Position numbers and translations under genes: made by a program. From a virus (Duplodnaviria; Caudoviricetes), in the IMG/VR virus record IMGVR_UViG_3300012973_001074, positions 51,532 through 115,531 of that record: DNA of 64,000 bases. One strand, written 5' to 3'. Of the stretch, positions 27,804 to 37,674 are shown piece by piece. The first letter of the stretch is position 1; each line of letters starts with the position of its first letter. The notes beneath the pieces were generated by a model. The model saw nothing but the letters and a program-made list of their open reading frames with translations, was not told the DNA's origin and did no database searches.

Positions 27804-28013
27804 GTGATCTCGATCGGTGGCATGACGTTCGACGAGGCGGGACCGCCGGAGCCGGCTGCGCCGGAGACGTTCGAGCCGGTCGAGGTCGCCTACCGCGTCC
27901 CGGGTCACGCCCCGAAACGGAAGGTCTGCAAGACGCGGCGGGCGCTCGACGCGCTGCTTGCCAAGCTCGAAGACGAGGGCGGCGAAACGCTCGCGTTCGC
28001 GAGGCTCTCGTGA
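27804..28013 (+). CDS. Small hypothetical protein
   Basis: GGAGG RBS; GTGA overlap with a 37-aa basic ORF at 27694-27807. Confidence 0.5.
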   Translation: MISIGGMTFDEAGPPEPAAPETFEPVEVAYRVPGHAPKRKVCKTRRALDALLAKLEDEGGETLAFARLS

Positions 28014-28133
28014 TGACCGACGAACAGCTGCAGCTGCTCGCCTCGCTCGGCGAGGCGAGGTCGGCGCTCGCGGCGCTTGCTCGTCGCAGCGCGGAGGTGG
28101 CGGATGAGGACGAAGACACGGAGAACCCCGACG

Positions 28134-28937
28134 ATGAGTGACGAGACGACGACGGCGCGAACGCCGAACGCCTGGGAACAGAAGGTCGCGGCGCGGCTCG
28201 ACCGCCTCCGCGCGTACGCCGAGCGAAAGCGGGCCGAAGGCACCGCGCTCGTCGAGCGCGCGCACAGGATGGCGGAGGTGATCCCGTTCGGACAGCCGAT
28301 CCTGGTCGGCCACTACAGCGAGCGCCGCGATCGGCGGTACCGCGGACGCATCGAGGGGAAGTTTCGTAAGGGCTTCGAGACGCTCGCGGAGGCGCGGGAC
28401 ATCGAGCGGCGCGTCGCTGCCGCGGAGGCGAACACCGCGATCTCCAGCGACGACCCGAACGCACTCGACAAGCTGCGCGCGAAGCTCGCGGAGCACGAGA
28501 GGCAGCACTCCGTCGTGCTCGACGTCAACAAGCGGCTCCGCAAGGGCGCCACGATCGGGGACGTCGCACCGCTGCTCGATTGGTGGGAGGCGCCCGAACG
28601 ACGGCTGCAGATCATCATGTCGATGGGGCACCGGACCATCCCGGTGACCAACAGCAGCGCGGAGACGCGGCGCATCAAGGCCCGCATCGCGGAGTTGGAA
28701 GCCCGAGCAGTGCGCGCGCCGCGCGAGCCGCAGCACTTCGGTTCGGTGACGGTCGAGGAGGGCGACAATCGCGTGCGCCTCGTCTTCCCGGGCAAGCCTC
28801 TCGCCGAGGTCCGATCACTGCTCAAGTCTCATGGCTTCCGGTGGTCGCCGACGGCGGAGGCGTGGCAGCGCCGCGCGTCACCCGGTGCATGGGAGCTCGC
28901 TGTCACGCTCGCAAAGCAGATCGGAGGTGCAGCATGA
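28134..28937 (+). CDS. DUF3560 domain protein
   Basis: IPFGQPILVGHYSERRDR, AISSDDPNA, NRVRLVFPGKP..LKSHGFRWSP. Confidence 0.88.
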   Translation: MSDETTTARTPNAWEQKVAARLDRLRAYAERKRAEGTALVERAHRMAEVIPFGQPILVGHYSERRDRRYRGRIEGKFRKGFETLAEARDIERRVAAAEANTAISSDDPNALDKLRAKLAEHERQHSVVLDVNKRLRKGATIGDVAPLLDWWEAPERRLQIIMSMGHRTIPVTNSSAETRRIKARIAELEARAVRAPREPQHFGSVTVEEGDNRVRLVFPGKPLAEVRSLLKSHGFRWSPTAEAWQRRASPGAWELAVTLAKQIGGAA

Positions 28938-29212
28938 CGCGCCTGCTCGTCGTCCTGGAGTTCGACGACGGAGACCCTCTCGACGCGTACGACGTGGTCG
29001 ACCGCGTGCTCGACGCGGGGACCTTCCAAGACGCGATCGCCGAGTACGCGGAGGACGCGGGCCGACCCGTCGCGGTGACGTCCGCCGTCGTCAGCTTCGC
29101 GCCGGACGAGCCGGAGCCCTCGCACGACGGCGGCTGCGGCGCGTTCATCGGGGCGGTCCTGCACGATGCCGCGCTTGAAGCGAAGGAGCGGGGAGGGGGC
29201 GATCGCGAATGA
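28934..29212 (+). CDS. Small acidic hypothetical protein
   Basis: ATGA overlaps at both ends; GGAGG RBS. Confidence 0.6.
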   Translation: MTRLLVVLEFDDGDPLDAYDVVDRVLDAGTFQDAIAEYAEDAGRPVAVTSAVVSFAPDEPEPSHDGGCGAFIGAVLHDAALEAKERGGGDRE

Positions 29213-30132
29213 ACGCCAGCACCCTGCGAGACATACGCCTGCGCGCGCTGCTCGGGCAGGCGCTGCCGGTCGAGGACCTCGTGCCCGTGCTCGAAGATGT
29301 CGAGGACGCGTTGAACGAGGCCAACGTGGACGAAACCGATGACCTCGTCGGCGCCGTCGAGAATGTGAGGGAGCTTCGCGAGGAGCGCACGAGGCTCGAG
29401 GTTCAGATCGAGGCGCTAGAAGCGGACATCGACGAGCTGAAGGCGCGACTCGCGCAGCTCTCACCGACGGCGGCAGGCGAGACCACGCCGAAGCTCGCGC
29501 CGGTCATCGCGCTCGACAGTCGGCGGCCGCTCGCTCGGCCGTCGGCGCCGTACCGCGGTAAGCCTGCGCCGGTGATCCGCGTCTCGTTCGGAAGCGGGCA
29601 CCGCGCCTACTCTCAACGTGCGGCCCGTCAGACCGCGTACGCGCTCTACCAGCGGGCCTCGGACCTCGACGAGGACCCGGAACGTCTCGTCGAGGCCGAG
29701 CACATGTACCTTGAGGCGATCGCGCTCGACCCGAGGCTCGCGTGCGCGCTAACGAACCTCGGCAACGTCCGGTACCGCAGGGGGTTCCTGAGCGAGGCGA
29801 CGGACCTATACCTGCAGGCCCTCGCGCTCGACGACAACCAGCCCGAGGCCCACTACAACCTGGGCTACGTCTCGATCGAGCAGGGCAAGCTCGACGCCGC
29901 GGTGAAGTGCCTCCGCAAGGCCGTCGCGCTCGACGCGGCTTTCGCCGACGCACACTTCAATCTCGCGGTGGCGCTCGATCAGCTCGGGCGACGTCGCACC
30001 GCGCGCCAGCACTGGAAGCGCTACCTGGACCTCGAGCCGGTCGGCGAGCACGGCGACTTCGCGCGAGACCAGCTTGGAAGGGTCCGCGTCGTCCGCGGGC
30101 GCTCACGCAAGACGAAGCAGACCGCAACCTGA
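29209..30132 (+). CDS. Coiled-coil + TPR protein
   Basis: Four TPRs (ALTNLG, AHYNLG, AHFNLA). Confidence 0.85.
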   Translation: MNASTLRDIRLRALLGQALPVEDLVPVLEDVEDALNEANVDETDDLVGAVENVRELREERTRLEVQIEALEADIDELKARLAQLSPTAAGETTPKLAPVIALDSRRPLARPSAPYRGKPAPVIRVSFGSGHRAYSQRAARQTAYALYQRASDLDEDPERLVEAEHMYLEAIALDPRLACALTNLGNVRYRRGFLSEATDLYLQALALDDNQPEAHYNLGYVSIEQGKLDAAVKCLRKAVALDAAFADAHFNLAVALDQLGRRRTARQHWKRYLDLEPVGEHGDFARDQLGRVRVVRGRSRKTKQTAT

Positions 30133-30142
30133 AGGAGAGACC

Positions 30143-30832
30143 ATGTTCACGATCACCACGTCGACGACCGACTTGATCCGCTACCTGAAGACCGCGCTCA
30201 TTGCGGCGAGTAGGGACGAAACGCGTCAGCCGCTCTGCGCCGTCCAGCTCTTCGTCACCGCCGACAGCAAGGCCGCCGTCGCGGCGACGGACGGACACTG
30301 CGCCGTCGTGATCCAGCTCCTGGGAGCCCAGGTCGACGGCTCGGGGCAGGCGCACTTGCTCCGGTCGGACATCGAACGCCTCGTGAAGAGCGCGCCGAAG
30401 AGAGACGACCCGAACGCGCGCGAGACCAAGATCGAACGGACTGCGGACATCGTCACGGTCACCATGGGGGCGTCGACGATGCAGCTTCGCGTGCCGGACG
30501 TGCAGTCCCCGCCGCTTGCCGAGGTCCTGCCGCGCGAGGTCTACCAGGAGATCCCGCCGCCGGTGCTCTCGCACGACATGCACGAGCAGATCGCGAAATC
30601 ACTCTCGGCGATCTCGCCGCGGGCGAAGGACTCGGCCATCCAGGTGTACGCGACGAGCGCCGACGACCCGAGGCACGCGCCAGCGGCGATCATCGCGTCA
30701 GACATCCCCGAGCTGCTCTTCGTTGCCATGCCGATGCGCGAGCCCAAGAAGCGTCCCTGGCAGCTGCCGCGGCTCGGGAGCTTCCGAGAGCTCCTCACTC
30801 CTCCGTCGAAGAGCGCAGCGAAGGCGGCCTGA
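30143..30832 (+). CDS. DNA polymerase III beta-clamp-like protein (short)
   Basis: AASRDETRQPLCAV..ATDGH, C-terminal VAMPMR. Confidence 0.7.
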   Translation: MFTITTSTTDLIRYLKTALIAASRDETRQPLCAVQLFVTADSKAAVAATDGHCAVVIQLLGAQVDGSGQAHLLRSDIERLVKSAPKRDDPNARETKIERTADIVTVTMGASTMQLRVPDVQSPPLAEVLPREVYQEIPPPVLSHDMHEQIAKSLSAISPRAKDSAIQVYATSADDPRHAPAAIIASDIPELLFVAMPMREPKKRPWQLPRLGSFRELLTPPSKSAAKAA

Positions 30833-30881
30833 CGAAATGCGCAACCAGGGAGCTCACCGCTCTCTTTTTTGCGGCGCTCGC

Positions 30882-30917
30882 GTTGACAATCGTCAACACT
30901 AAATGCCAATTGGCATT
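30882..30917. promoter_or_regulatory. Two adjacent palindromes: GTTGAC-AATC-GTCAAC and AATGCCAATTGGCATT
   Basis: Contains TTGACA; upstream of an RHH gene. Confidence 0.65.
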
Positions 30918-30932
30918 CGCGCGGAGTCTCCG

Positions 30933-31151
30933 ATGAGCACGAAACAGATCACGGTGAAGGTCAGCACGAGCATCGTCGAACGCGCGGACGACCTGCGCGA
31001 ATACCTCACTGAAGAGAGCGGGATCGAGATGCGGCGCGCGGACGTGCTCCGGCGCGCGCTGTCTCTCGGCCTGCGCCAGCTCGCGCAGCGACGTCGTGAT
31101 GGGGCACGCGCGCTGCAGCCTGGCGAAGCAGACGACGAGGCCGCCAGCTAG
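30933..31151 (+). CDS. Ribbon-helix-helix regulator
   Basis: KQITVKVS..VERADDL..RADVLRRAL. Confidence 0.7.
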   Translation: MSTKQITVKVSTSIVERADDLREYLTEESGIEMRRADVLRRALSLGLRQLAQRRRDGARALQPGEADDEAAS

Positions 31152-31234
31152 CGCGGCCTCCGCACGAGAGACGAGACAACGCCCATCACCGATTGGTGAT
31201 CGTGCGCCATGGGGCGACGGAGGAAAGGTGTATC

Positions 31235-33100
31235 ATGCAAGAGACGAAGATTAACTGGACCGAGCATTCATGGAACCCGGTCAGCGGCTGCACGAAAGTG
31301 AGTGAGGAGTGCAAGCACTGCCTCGACCCATCGACACCGATTCTCTACGCCGACTTGACGTGGCGACCAATCGGCGATGCGCGCGTCGGGGACGAGTTGC
31401 TCGCCTTCGACGAACATTCGCTCGACGGTCAGCAGCGCGCGTTCCGAACGACGCGTATCAAGGCGGTATGGGCGTCCACAAGACCGCGCGTCCGCATCGT
31501 CACGCGCCAGTCCGACATTGTTACGACCGGCGAACACCGCTGGCTTGTGACGAACGGAGGCCGGACCCCGTGGCGGGACACGAACCACCTGTACCGCGGG
31601 AACATTCTGCGCTGGCTCGGCGACAGCGAGAGCCCGAAAGAGACCAGCGATTATCGGCGCGGCTACCTCGCCGGCATGACGATGGGCGACGGGACGTACC
31701 GCTTCGACCCGAGCCGCGCACGCTCGGAGCAACCGCAGCCGTACTGGCGAGTCGCGCTCATCGATCACGAGGCGATCGGTCGACTCGTCTCGTACCTGGC
31801 GTCGTTCGGCATCGAAGCCCATTCGCGGCCGTTTACGCAGAACATGTCGTGCGTCGAGCTTCGGAGCATGGGCAAGCTCGCGTTGATCGACCCGCTTCTG
31901 ACCCACGACGACCAGACGACGGAGTTCGCGCGTGGCTACGTAGCCGGCTTCTTCGACTCTGAGGGCTCTTTCAGCGCGGGCAACATCCGCCTTTGTCAGA
32001 AGGACCCGAACGTCCTCGCCCGCGTGACGCGCTACATCGCGCGTCTTGGGTTCGCCTGCTGTCTCGAGAGTAACGGCACGGCGGAGGGCGGACCGATCAA
32101 CATCATTCGCGTTCCGGGCGGAATCGTCGACCAGATGCGGTTTCTGTCGACCATCCAGCCGGCGATCAGGCGCAAGCTCGCGCCCGCGCTCGACGGCGCG
32201 AAGCTTCGGTCCGACCTGACTGAGGTGATCCTTACCGAGAAGGCCGGTACCGGCGACGTCGTGGACATCGAGACGGAGAGCCATACGTTCTTCGCGGCCG
32301 GAGTCGCGACGCACAACTGCTACGCCGAGACGCTCGCCGAGAACCGCCGCGGGACGCCCGCGTTCCCGAACGGATTCGACATCACGCTGAGGCCTTGGAA
32401 GCTCGGCGAACCGCGGAAGATCAAGCGCGGCTCGCTGATCTTCACGAACAGCACGTCGGACCTGTTCCACGAAAAGATCCCCGACGAGTATCGCGACCAG
32501 GTCCTCGACGTCATCGAGTCGACGCCGCATCACCGCTATCAGGTCCTCACGAAGAGGCCCGAGATTGCCGCGCGCTTCGCCAAGCGCCGGGCGCTCCCGC
32601 GCAACATCTGGCTCGGCGTCACCGTCGGCCACGCCAAGCGCGTCGAGCGGATCGACATCCTCCGGAGCATCGACGCACACGTTCGCTTCATCTCGGCGGA
32701 GCCGCTCCTCACGGACCTGCCGAAGCTCGACCTCCGCGGGATTCACTGGCTCATCTCGGGTGGCGAAAGCGGCGCGCACCTGAGCGACGCGAAGGTGATG
32801 GCGCGCCGCGGGCTCGTCATGCGCGGAGAGGTGGGCGAGCCGCGTTGGGTCCCGAGGCTCGATCGGTACGGCTGGATCGCCTCGCTCCGCGACCAGTGCG
32901 TCGCCGCGGGCGTCGCCTACTGGTTCAAGCAGTGGGGCGGACCGCGGCCCGAGTCCGGCGGGCGGGTGCTCGAGGGCCGGACCTGGGAGGAGCTGCCGAC
33001 GTTCATCGCGGGCGCCATGCCGGACAACTACCAACATCGGGCCGAGCTCAAACGAGACCACGTGAAGGCGGGCAAGCTGCAGCTCCCGCTCGTGCAGTGA
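31235..33100 (+). CDS. DUF5131 (phage Gp37/Gp68, radical-SAM-like) protein interrupted by an intein
   Basis: INWT..WNPVSGCTKVSEECKH/CYA, SDLFH, QVLTKRP, ISAEPLL, GGESG, FKQWGG. Confidence 0.92.
   Translation: MQETKINWTEHSWNPVSGCTKVSEECKHCLDPSTPILYADLTWRPIGDARVGDELLAFDEHSLDGQQRAFRTTRIKAVWASTRPRVRIVTRQSDIVTTGEHRWLVTNGGRTPWRDTNHLYRGNILRWLGDSESPKETSDYRRGYLAGMTMGDGTYRFDPSRARSEQPQPYWRVALIDHEAIGRLVSYLASFGIEAHSRPFTQNMSCVELRSMGKLALIDPLLTHDDQTTEFARGYVAGFFDSEGSFSAGNIRLCQKDPNVLARVTRYIARLGFACCLESNGTAEGGPINIIRVPGGIVDQMRFLSTIQPAIRRKLAPALDGAKLRSDLTEVILTEKAGTGDVVDIETESHTFFAAGVATHNCYAETLAENRRGTPAFPNGFDITLRPWKLGEPRKIKRGSLIFTNSTSDLFHEKIPDEYRDQVLDVIESTPHHRYQVLTKRPEIAARFAKRRALPRNIWLGVTVGHAKRVERIDILRSIDAHVRFISAEPLLTDLPKLDLRGIHWLISGGESGAHLSDAKVMARRGLVMRGEVGEPRWVPRLDRYGWIASLRDQCVAAGVAYWFKQWGGPRPESGGRVLEGRTWEELPTFIAGAMPDNYQHRAELKRDHVKAGKLQLPLVQ
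31319..32317 (+). mobile_element. Intein (333 aa) with LAGLIDADG homing endonuclease
   Basis: Starts CLDPSTPI, block B TGEHRW, YLAGMTMGDG and YVAGFFDSEG, ends THN followed by C. Confidence 0.93.
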
Positions 33101-33278
33101 TGGCCGGTGCTCACGAGCACGAAAGCCAGGGCGGAGACGCCTGCAGAGCAGGCGACGACGGCACGTGCGCTGAGTGCGGGGTCGCGCTCGTCCGCTGCGA
33201 GGCCTGCGGCGGCACGGGCTACCACCGCGACGACTGCGAGCTCGGCGACGAGGAATCAACCAGGACGAAGGAGACATC

Positions 33279-34832
33279 ATGGGAATCACGCGACTTGAGA
33301 TCAGAAACTACCGGGGCGTTGCCGCACTTGAGGTCCAGGTGCCCGAGCACGGGGCCGTGGCGAGCGGCGCGACGGGAAGAGGGAAGACGACCATCCTCCG
33401 GGCCATTCGCGCCGCGCTCGAAGCGCAGGACATCGGAGCGGATGCGATCCGACAGGGGACGGACCGCGCCGAGATCACGGTCGACCTCGATGACGTTAGC
33501 GTGCGCCGAGTGATTGGACCGCTACGCTCGTCTGTATCGGTCACGAGGCACGGCGCCGACGGCAAGGACTCGAAGGAGAAGCCGAAGGAGTTCCTCCAGA
33601 ACCTGCTCGGAACGAGCTCGCTCGATCCGTTGGAGCTCTACGTCGCGAAGCCGAAGGAGCGGCGCGCGAGGATCCTCGGCGCGCTCCCGATCACGGTCAC
33701 GCTCGCCGATCTCCAGAAGTACGCCCCGGACTTGCCAGCCGACTTCGACGTCTCCGGCCATGGGCTTGAGGTCCTCGAACGCGCGCGCAAGCGCTACTAC
33801 GATCTGCGGACGGTCGCGAACCGTGAGGCCACCGACGCGAAGCAGGCGGCGGCGGACTTCGCAGCGCAGGTCTCGAAGGCTACGCCCGACGTGCCCGGGG
33901 TCACCGTCGACGGAGCGCGAACGACGGCAGACGAGGCGAACGCGAAGCTCGTAGCCCTCCACACGCAAGCGCAGAACGCCGCGGCCGCCGAGGCTCGGTC
34001 GCAGGCGACCCGGGCGCGCATAGACAAGCTCCGCGCCGACGCGGCATCGATCGGTGATCCGGACGGGCCGACCGAGGAAGCCGTCGCAGACGCGAAGAAG
34101 GACTTCGACGAACGCGCCGCGCGCGTCCTCGCGCTCGAGGCGGCGCTGGCCATCGCACGCAGTGAGCAGGCGTCCGCCCGCATCGCCTACGAGCAAACGC
34201 TCGGGGACCGGCAGGCGGCGGCGGCGGCGAAGGAGAAGGCCGGCGCGCTGAGGGCCCAGGCCGACGAGCTCGAAGCGGCCATCGGCGCCCTCGCTCCCGC
34301 GCCGGCACCCGAGGCCATCGCGCACGCGGAGGCGCAGCTCGCCGAGGCCCAGGCCGCGGTCGAAGTGGCGAAGGAGATCGAGCGGGCGCGCGCGCTCCGC
34401 AAGATGGCGCTCGACGCCAGCAAGGCGCTTGCCGAGGCCGAGGCGAAGGCCGAGGCGCTCGACAAGACGGTGAAGGCGCTGACGGTAGAAGCTCCCGCGG
34501 AGCTCCTCGCGACCGGCAACGCGATCCCGGGCCTGTCGCTCGAAGGCGACGAGGTCCTGCTCGACGGCAAGCGGCTCGACGCGCTCTGCGGGGCTGAGCA
34601 GCTCGAGTTCGCGGTGGAGATCGCGCGACGAGCGAACGCGCGCTCGAAGATCCTCATCGTCGATGGGCTGGAGCGCCTCGATCCGGAGGCTTACGCGCGG
34701 TTCGTGCGGAAAGCGACCGCGGATGGGTACCAGCTGATTGGCACGCGGGTCGCCGCCGGGGACATCGTCATCGAGGCGATCACGCCCGATACGTTGGAAT
34801 GCGAGATCGAACGAGACGTTGCGGCAGGATGA
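33279..34832 (+). CDS. SMC/Rad50-like ABC ATPase
   Basis: LEIRNYRG, GATGRGKTT, long coiled coil, LCGAEQ signature, ILIVDGLERLD. Confidence 0.88.
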   Translation: MGITRLEIRNYRGVAALEVQVPEHGAVASGATGRGKTTILRAIRAALEAQDIGADAIRQGTDRAEITVDLDDVSVRRVIGPLRSSVSVTRHGADGKDSKEKPKEFLQNLLGTSSLDPLELYVAKPKERRARILGALPITVTLADLQKYAPDLPADFDVSGHGLEVLERARKRYYDLRTVANREATDAKQAAADFAAQVSKATPDVPGVTVDGARTTADEANAKLVALHTQAQNAAAAEARSQATRARIDKLRADAASIGDPDGPTEEAVADAKKDFDERAARVLALEAALAIARSEQASARIAYEQTLGDRQAAAAAKEKAGALRAQADELEAAIGALAPAPAPEAIAHAEAQLAEAQAAVEVAKEIERARALRKMALDASKALAEAEAKAEALDKTVKALTVEAPAELLATGNAIPGLSLEGDEVLLDGKRLDALCGAEQLEFAVEIARRANARSKILIVDGLERLDPEAYARFVRKATADGYQLIGTRVAAGDIVIEAITPDTLECEIERDVAAG

Positions 34833-35416
34833 CGCTATACAGCGGCACGGTACAAATGCACAAGGCTCGGCCCCGCCATCTCCGTTGGTTCACGCTCTTC
34901 ATCCTGTCGATTGGCTGCAGTCGGTCGCCCACCTCTGCAGCTGACGCGTCCGCCTCGTCGTCCGCGGATGCCGACCCGAGACTGCGCTCCTATTCGAACT
35001 CGCTGGCGTACTTCCAGAACGACCGACTCCTACGTTGTGCGGACATCAAGATGGAGGTCCGCCTTAATGACGATGCTGGGCTCGAGTTCTGGGAGACCAT
35101 CGAAGCCGAGCGAAAGGCGTCCCTCGAAGGGCTAGAGAAGGGGATCGGAGGGACGCCGATCAAGGGCACCTGCGCCGAGAACTTCGGTGACCGAGTTGTG
35201 CTCGGCGAGTGCACGATGGAGAAGAGCGGGTCGAGTACTGCGCGCACCGGCACCATGAACATGCACATCGCGGAGTACACGTTTGCCCGCGTCGGCGCCT
35301 CCGATCAGGGCATGCAGGAGTGCCTCAAGCTGAAGGGGCAGTGGAAGGCGACGGTCAGCCGCGGATCGCCGGAATGGGCCAAGGCGAAGGCCGAGCACGA
35401 GAACGTGCCCAAGTGA
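34829..35416 (+). CDS. Cys-containing lipoprotein
   Basis: FTLFILSIGC lipobox; start 34829 or 34856. Confidence 0.65.
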   Translation: MTLYSGTVQMHKARPRHLRWFTLFILSIGCSRSPTSAADASASSSADADPRLRSYSNSLAYFQNDRLLRCADIKMEVRLNDDAGLEFWETIEAERKASLEGLEKGIGGTPIKGTCAENFGDRVVLGECTMEKSGSSTARTGTMNMHIAEYTFARVGASDQGMQECLKLKGQWKATVSRGSPEWAKAKAEHENVPK

Positions 35417-35744
35417 GGAGCATGTGGCGCGCGCAGCGTTCCCCCGGCGGGGGAGCTGCGGTGCATCCTTACTTGACGATGTCGGGCGCCGGCGCGGGAA
35501 CGCCCGCCAAGCGATCCAAGGTGGTGCGTTGCTTGGCAGGGATCGTTCTCGGAGACCGCAACAAGCTGCGCCGTGCGCGCGGATGTGGGCGAGCCTGATC
35601 CGCAATGCGCCGCAATGCGTGGCAGCCGACGGTTGCCGGCGAAGCAGAGCGAGTGGTGTGAGATTGGTGTTCACGACGCGCCGATCTCGCTGCTCTCGCG
35701 CTTTTCCTCGGGCGGGTGGGCGCGGGTGCCGTAGCATCGGAAGC

Positions 35745-36248
35745 ATGCGGGGATGGCTTGTCGGCGCGCTGGTCGCAGTAGTCGTCGGGTGCAGCAAGTC
35801 GGACGCGACCACGAAGGCTGCGCCGTCGGCCACTTCGGCGCCGGTCACACCGGGACCGTCCCTCTCCGCGGTACAGGCCGAGACTCGCGCTGCTCAGGCG
35901 ACGACGCCGCCGATCGAGAACTTGAGGGCCGACGTTCGGAAGCTCCTTCCGGAACTGCGACAGCAGCTCGCCGCCGGGAAGGTGAAGGCTCGAGGGAGCG
36001 ACGCGACTTGCACGCGCGACCTCGTCGCGCGGCAGAGGCGACTTCATGAGCTTCGGGCGTCCGTCTTGCCCACAACCGAAACGTGGGGGGCGTGGGACGC
36101 ACCGCAGTTCGAGATCGCCGGCAAGTGCGATGAGGCGATCGTGGAGCTTTTGATCTGCGTCTCGTGTGATGAGCGCCAAGGTCCGCGGTCGTGCGGTAGC
36201 GCCGCCAGGGCGCTCGGAGAGCTCGAGGGGATGCTCGCCGCCAAGTAG
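35745..36248 (+). CDS. Cys-containing lipoprotein
   Basis: LVAVVVGC lipobox. Confidence 0.65.
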   Translation: MRGWLVGALVAVVVGCSKSDATTKAAPSATSAPVTPGPSLSAVQAETRAAQATTPPIENLRADVRKLLPELRQQLAAGKVKARGSDATCTRDLVARQRRLHELRASVLPTTETWGAWDAPQFEIAGKCDEAIVELLICVSCDERQGPRSCGSAARALGELEGMLAAK

Positions 36249-36388
36249 CCCGCCGGCTGAGGTGACTTGGGCGCGAACTCAGGGACTTCCTTCCCGTGTG
36301 AACCAGCCTAGCTGGGGCAGAGCGCTGCGCGGTAGCGGCGCTGGATCCGCAGTCTCCTCCGCGCCGTCCCGTGGATGGCCGTTGCGCG

Positions 36389-37669
36389 CTAGTGCGAGTG
36401 CGCCTTCCAGAGGAAGTACATGTCCGAGAGCATGACGTCCCTTCGTGTGGTGAGATAGCCCTCGACCGCCCTGGTAACGGATGCTCCGGCGAGGGCGACG
36501 GCTCCGCCGATGGCCACGCCAGTGCCGAACGGTGTGGCGCTGAGTAGGCCGACCGCCGCGGTCGCCGTTCCAAGCGCAACCCCAGCCGCTGAGCTGCGAG
36601 TGGCGAGCCAGCGTCCTCCCGCAAGACGATCTTTGATCTTCCGAAGCTCGGGCTCGATTAGGTCCTCCTGAACCTCGCGACTGACCTTCTCTACATCGCT
36701 CGCGCCAGAGCGAACCTTCTCCAGCAGCGCCTTCTTCAACGACCGCTGAAAGCGCTCGAACGCTTCGGCTTCTTCGTGACGAAGCCTGATCAGCGATGCG
36801 ATCGTCGCGCCTTGAGACACGGGAAGCGTCAGGTTGAACGCGATGTCTTCCACTTGAGGGGCGACCTTCTTCGCGAGTAGCCGCCTGTACAACGCAACAG
36901 TGCTGCCGAGTGCGGCGCCAGATACTTTGGAAGCGCTTGCGTCCGCGCTGAGTTCGGCGAGATATCTGAGCACGACATCTTTTGCGATGGCCCTTCGAAT
37001 CTCGGCTTCCTCTCGTGGGACCTGTCGTTCCATAAAGCAAAGCGCTCCCCAGCACGTGTGTTCAAACCACGCGTGGCTAAGCGAATATTCGATGTCCTCG
37101 TGATCCTCCGTGGCAAATTGATTCCACTCGATGTCGCCCGCGCTGGCGATGTCGTTCGTCAGAATTTCTGTGTTGTCGACTGCGTGCTCGATTCCCGCCT
37201 CGCGCGCATGCTCCACATAGTGGGCGCGGCAGCTCGGACGGCGAACCTCGAATTCAACTAGGGGCAACGCGCCGAGGGCGTCCAAGTGCCCAAGCACGTC
37301 GACGAACGGAGCGAGATCCGTCACTAGACTTGATACGTCGCGATGTGTCTCGAACCGCATCAAGCTTTCAAGCGCCTGATCGGGAAGCAGGATCCGGTCG
37401 AAGTAGTGCCAAGCGTGTCTGAACAGCGAGTCGATCTCTCGTTTCAGGCATTCAGGCGCGCGGCAGCCAAGTCGGCCGGTGAGGTCTATCCCTTTGCCGG
37501 CCGTGAGAAGAACGCCATCGCTCACGGGACGCGTCGTGAGCTCGGGCTCCGGTGCGGATTGGAGGAGAGCATCGAGAGAGCCTGCACGACTCAACGCCGC
37601 CGGAAGAAACTCCGGGCGGTCGGCTGCGTGTTGGCGCGCCCACTGAAGAAACCAGTATGGGGGTACCAT
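36389..37669 (-). CDS. Hypothetical protein with C-terminal Gly/Ala-rich membrane hairpin (DUF6236-like)
   Basis: AWHYFDRILLPD, coiled region, GVALG..GVAIGGAVALAG, YFLWK end; lower GC. Confidence 0.75.
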   Translation of the reverse strand: MVPPYWFLQWARQHAADRPEFLPAALSRAGSLDALLQSAPEPELTTRPVSDGVLLTAGKGIDLTGRLGCRAPECLKREIDSLFRHAWHYFDRILLPDQALESLMRFETHRDVSSLVTDLAPFVDVLGHLDALGALPLVEFEVRRPSCRAHYVEHAREAGIEHAVDNTEILTNDIASAGDIEWNQFATEDHEDIEYSLSHAWFEHTCWGALCFMERQVPREEAEIRRAIAKDVVLRYLAELSADASASKVSGAALGSTVALYRRLLAKKVAPQVEDIAFNLTLPVSQGATIASLIRLRHEEAEAFERFQRSLKKALLEKVRSGASDVEKVSREVQEDLIEPELRKIKDRLAGGRWLATRSSAAGVALGTATAAVGLLSATPFGTGVAIGGAVALAGASVTRAVEGYLTTRRDVMLSDMYFLWKAHSH

Positions 37670-37674
37670 GCGGT

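Noticed and set aside
31268-33289. 673-aa minus ORF, and similar ORFs at 12780, 22035, 23475, 44510 and 55392
   Set aside because: Shadow ORFs opposite recognisable genes.
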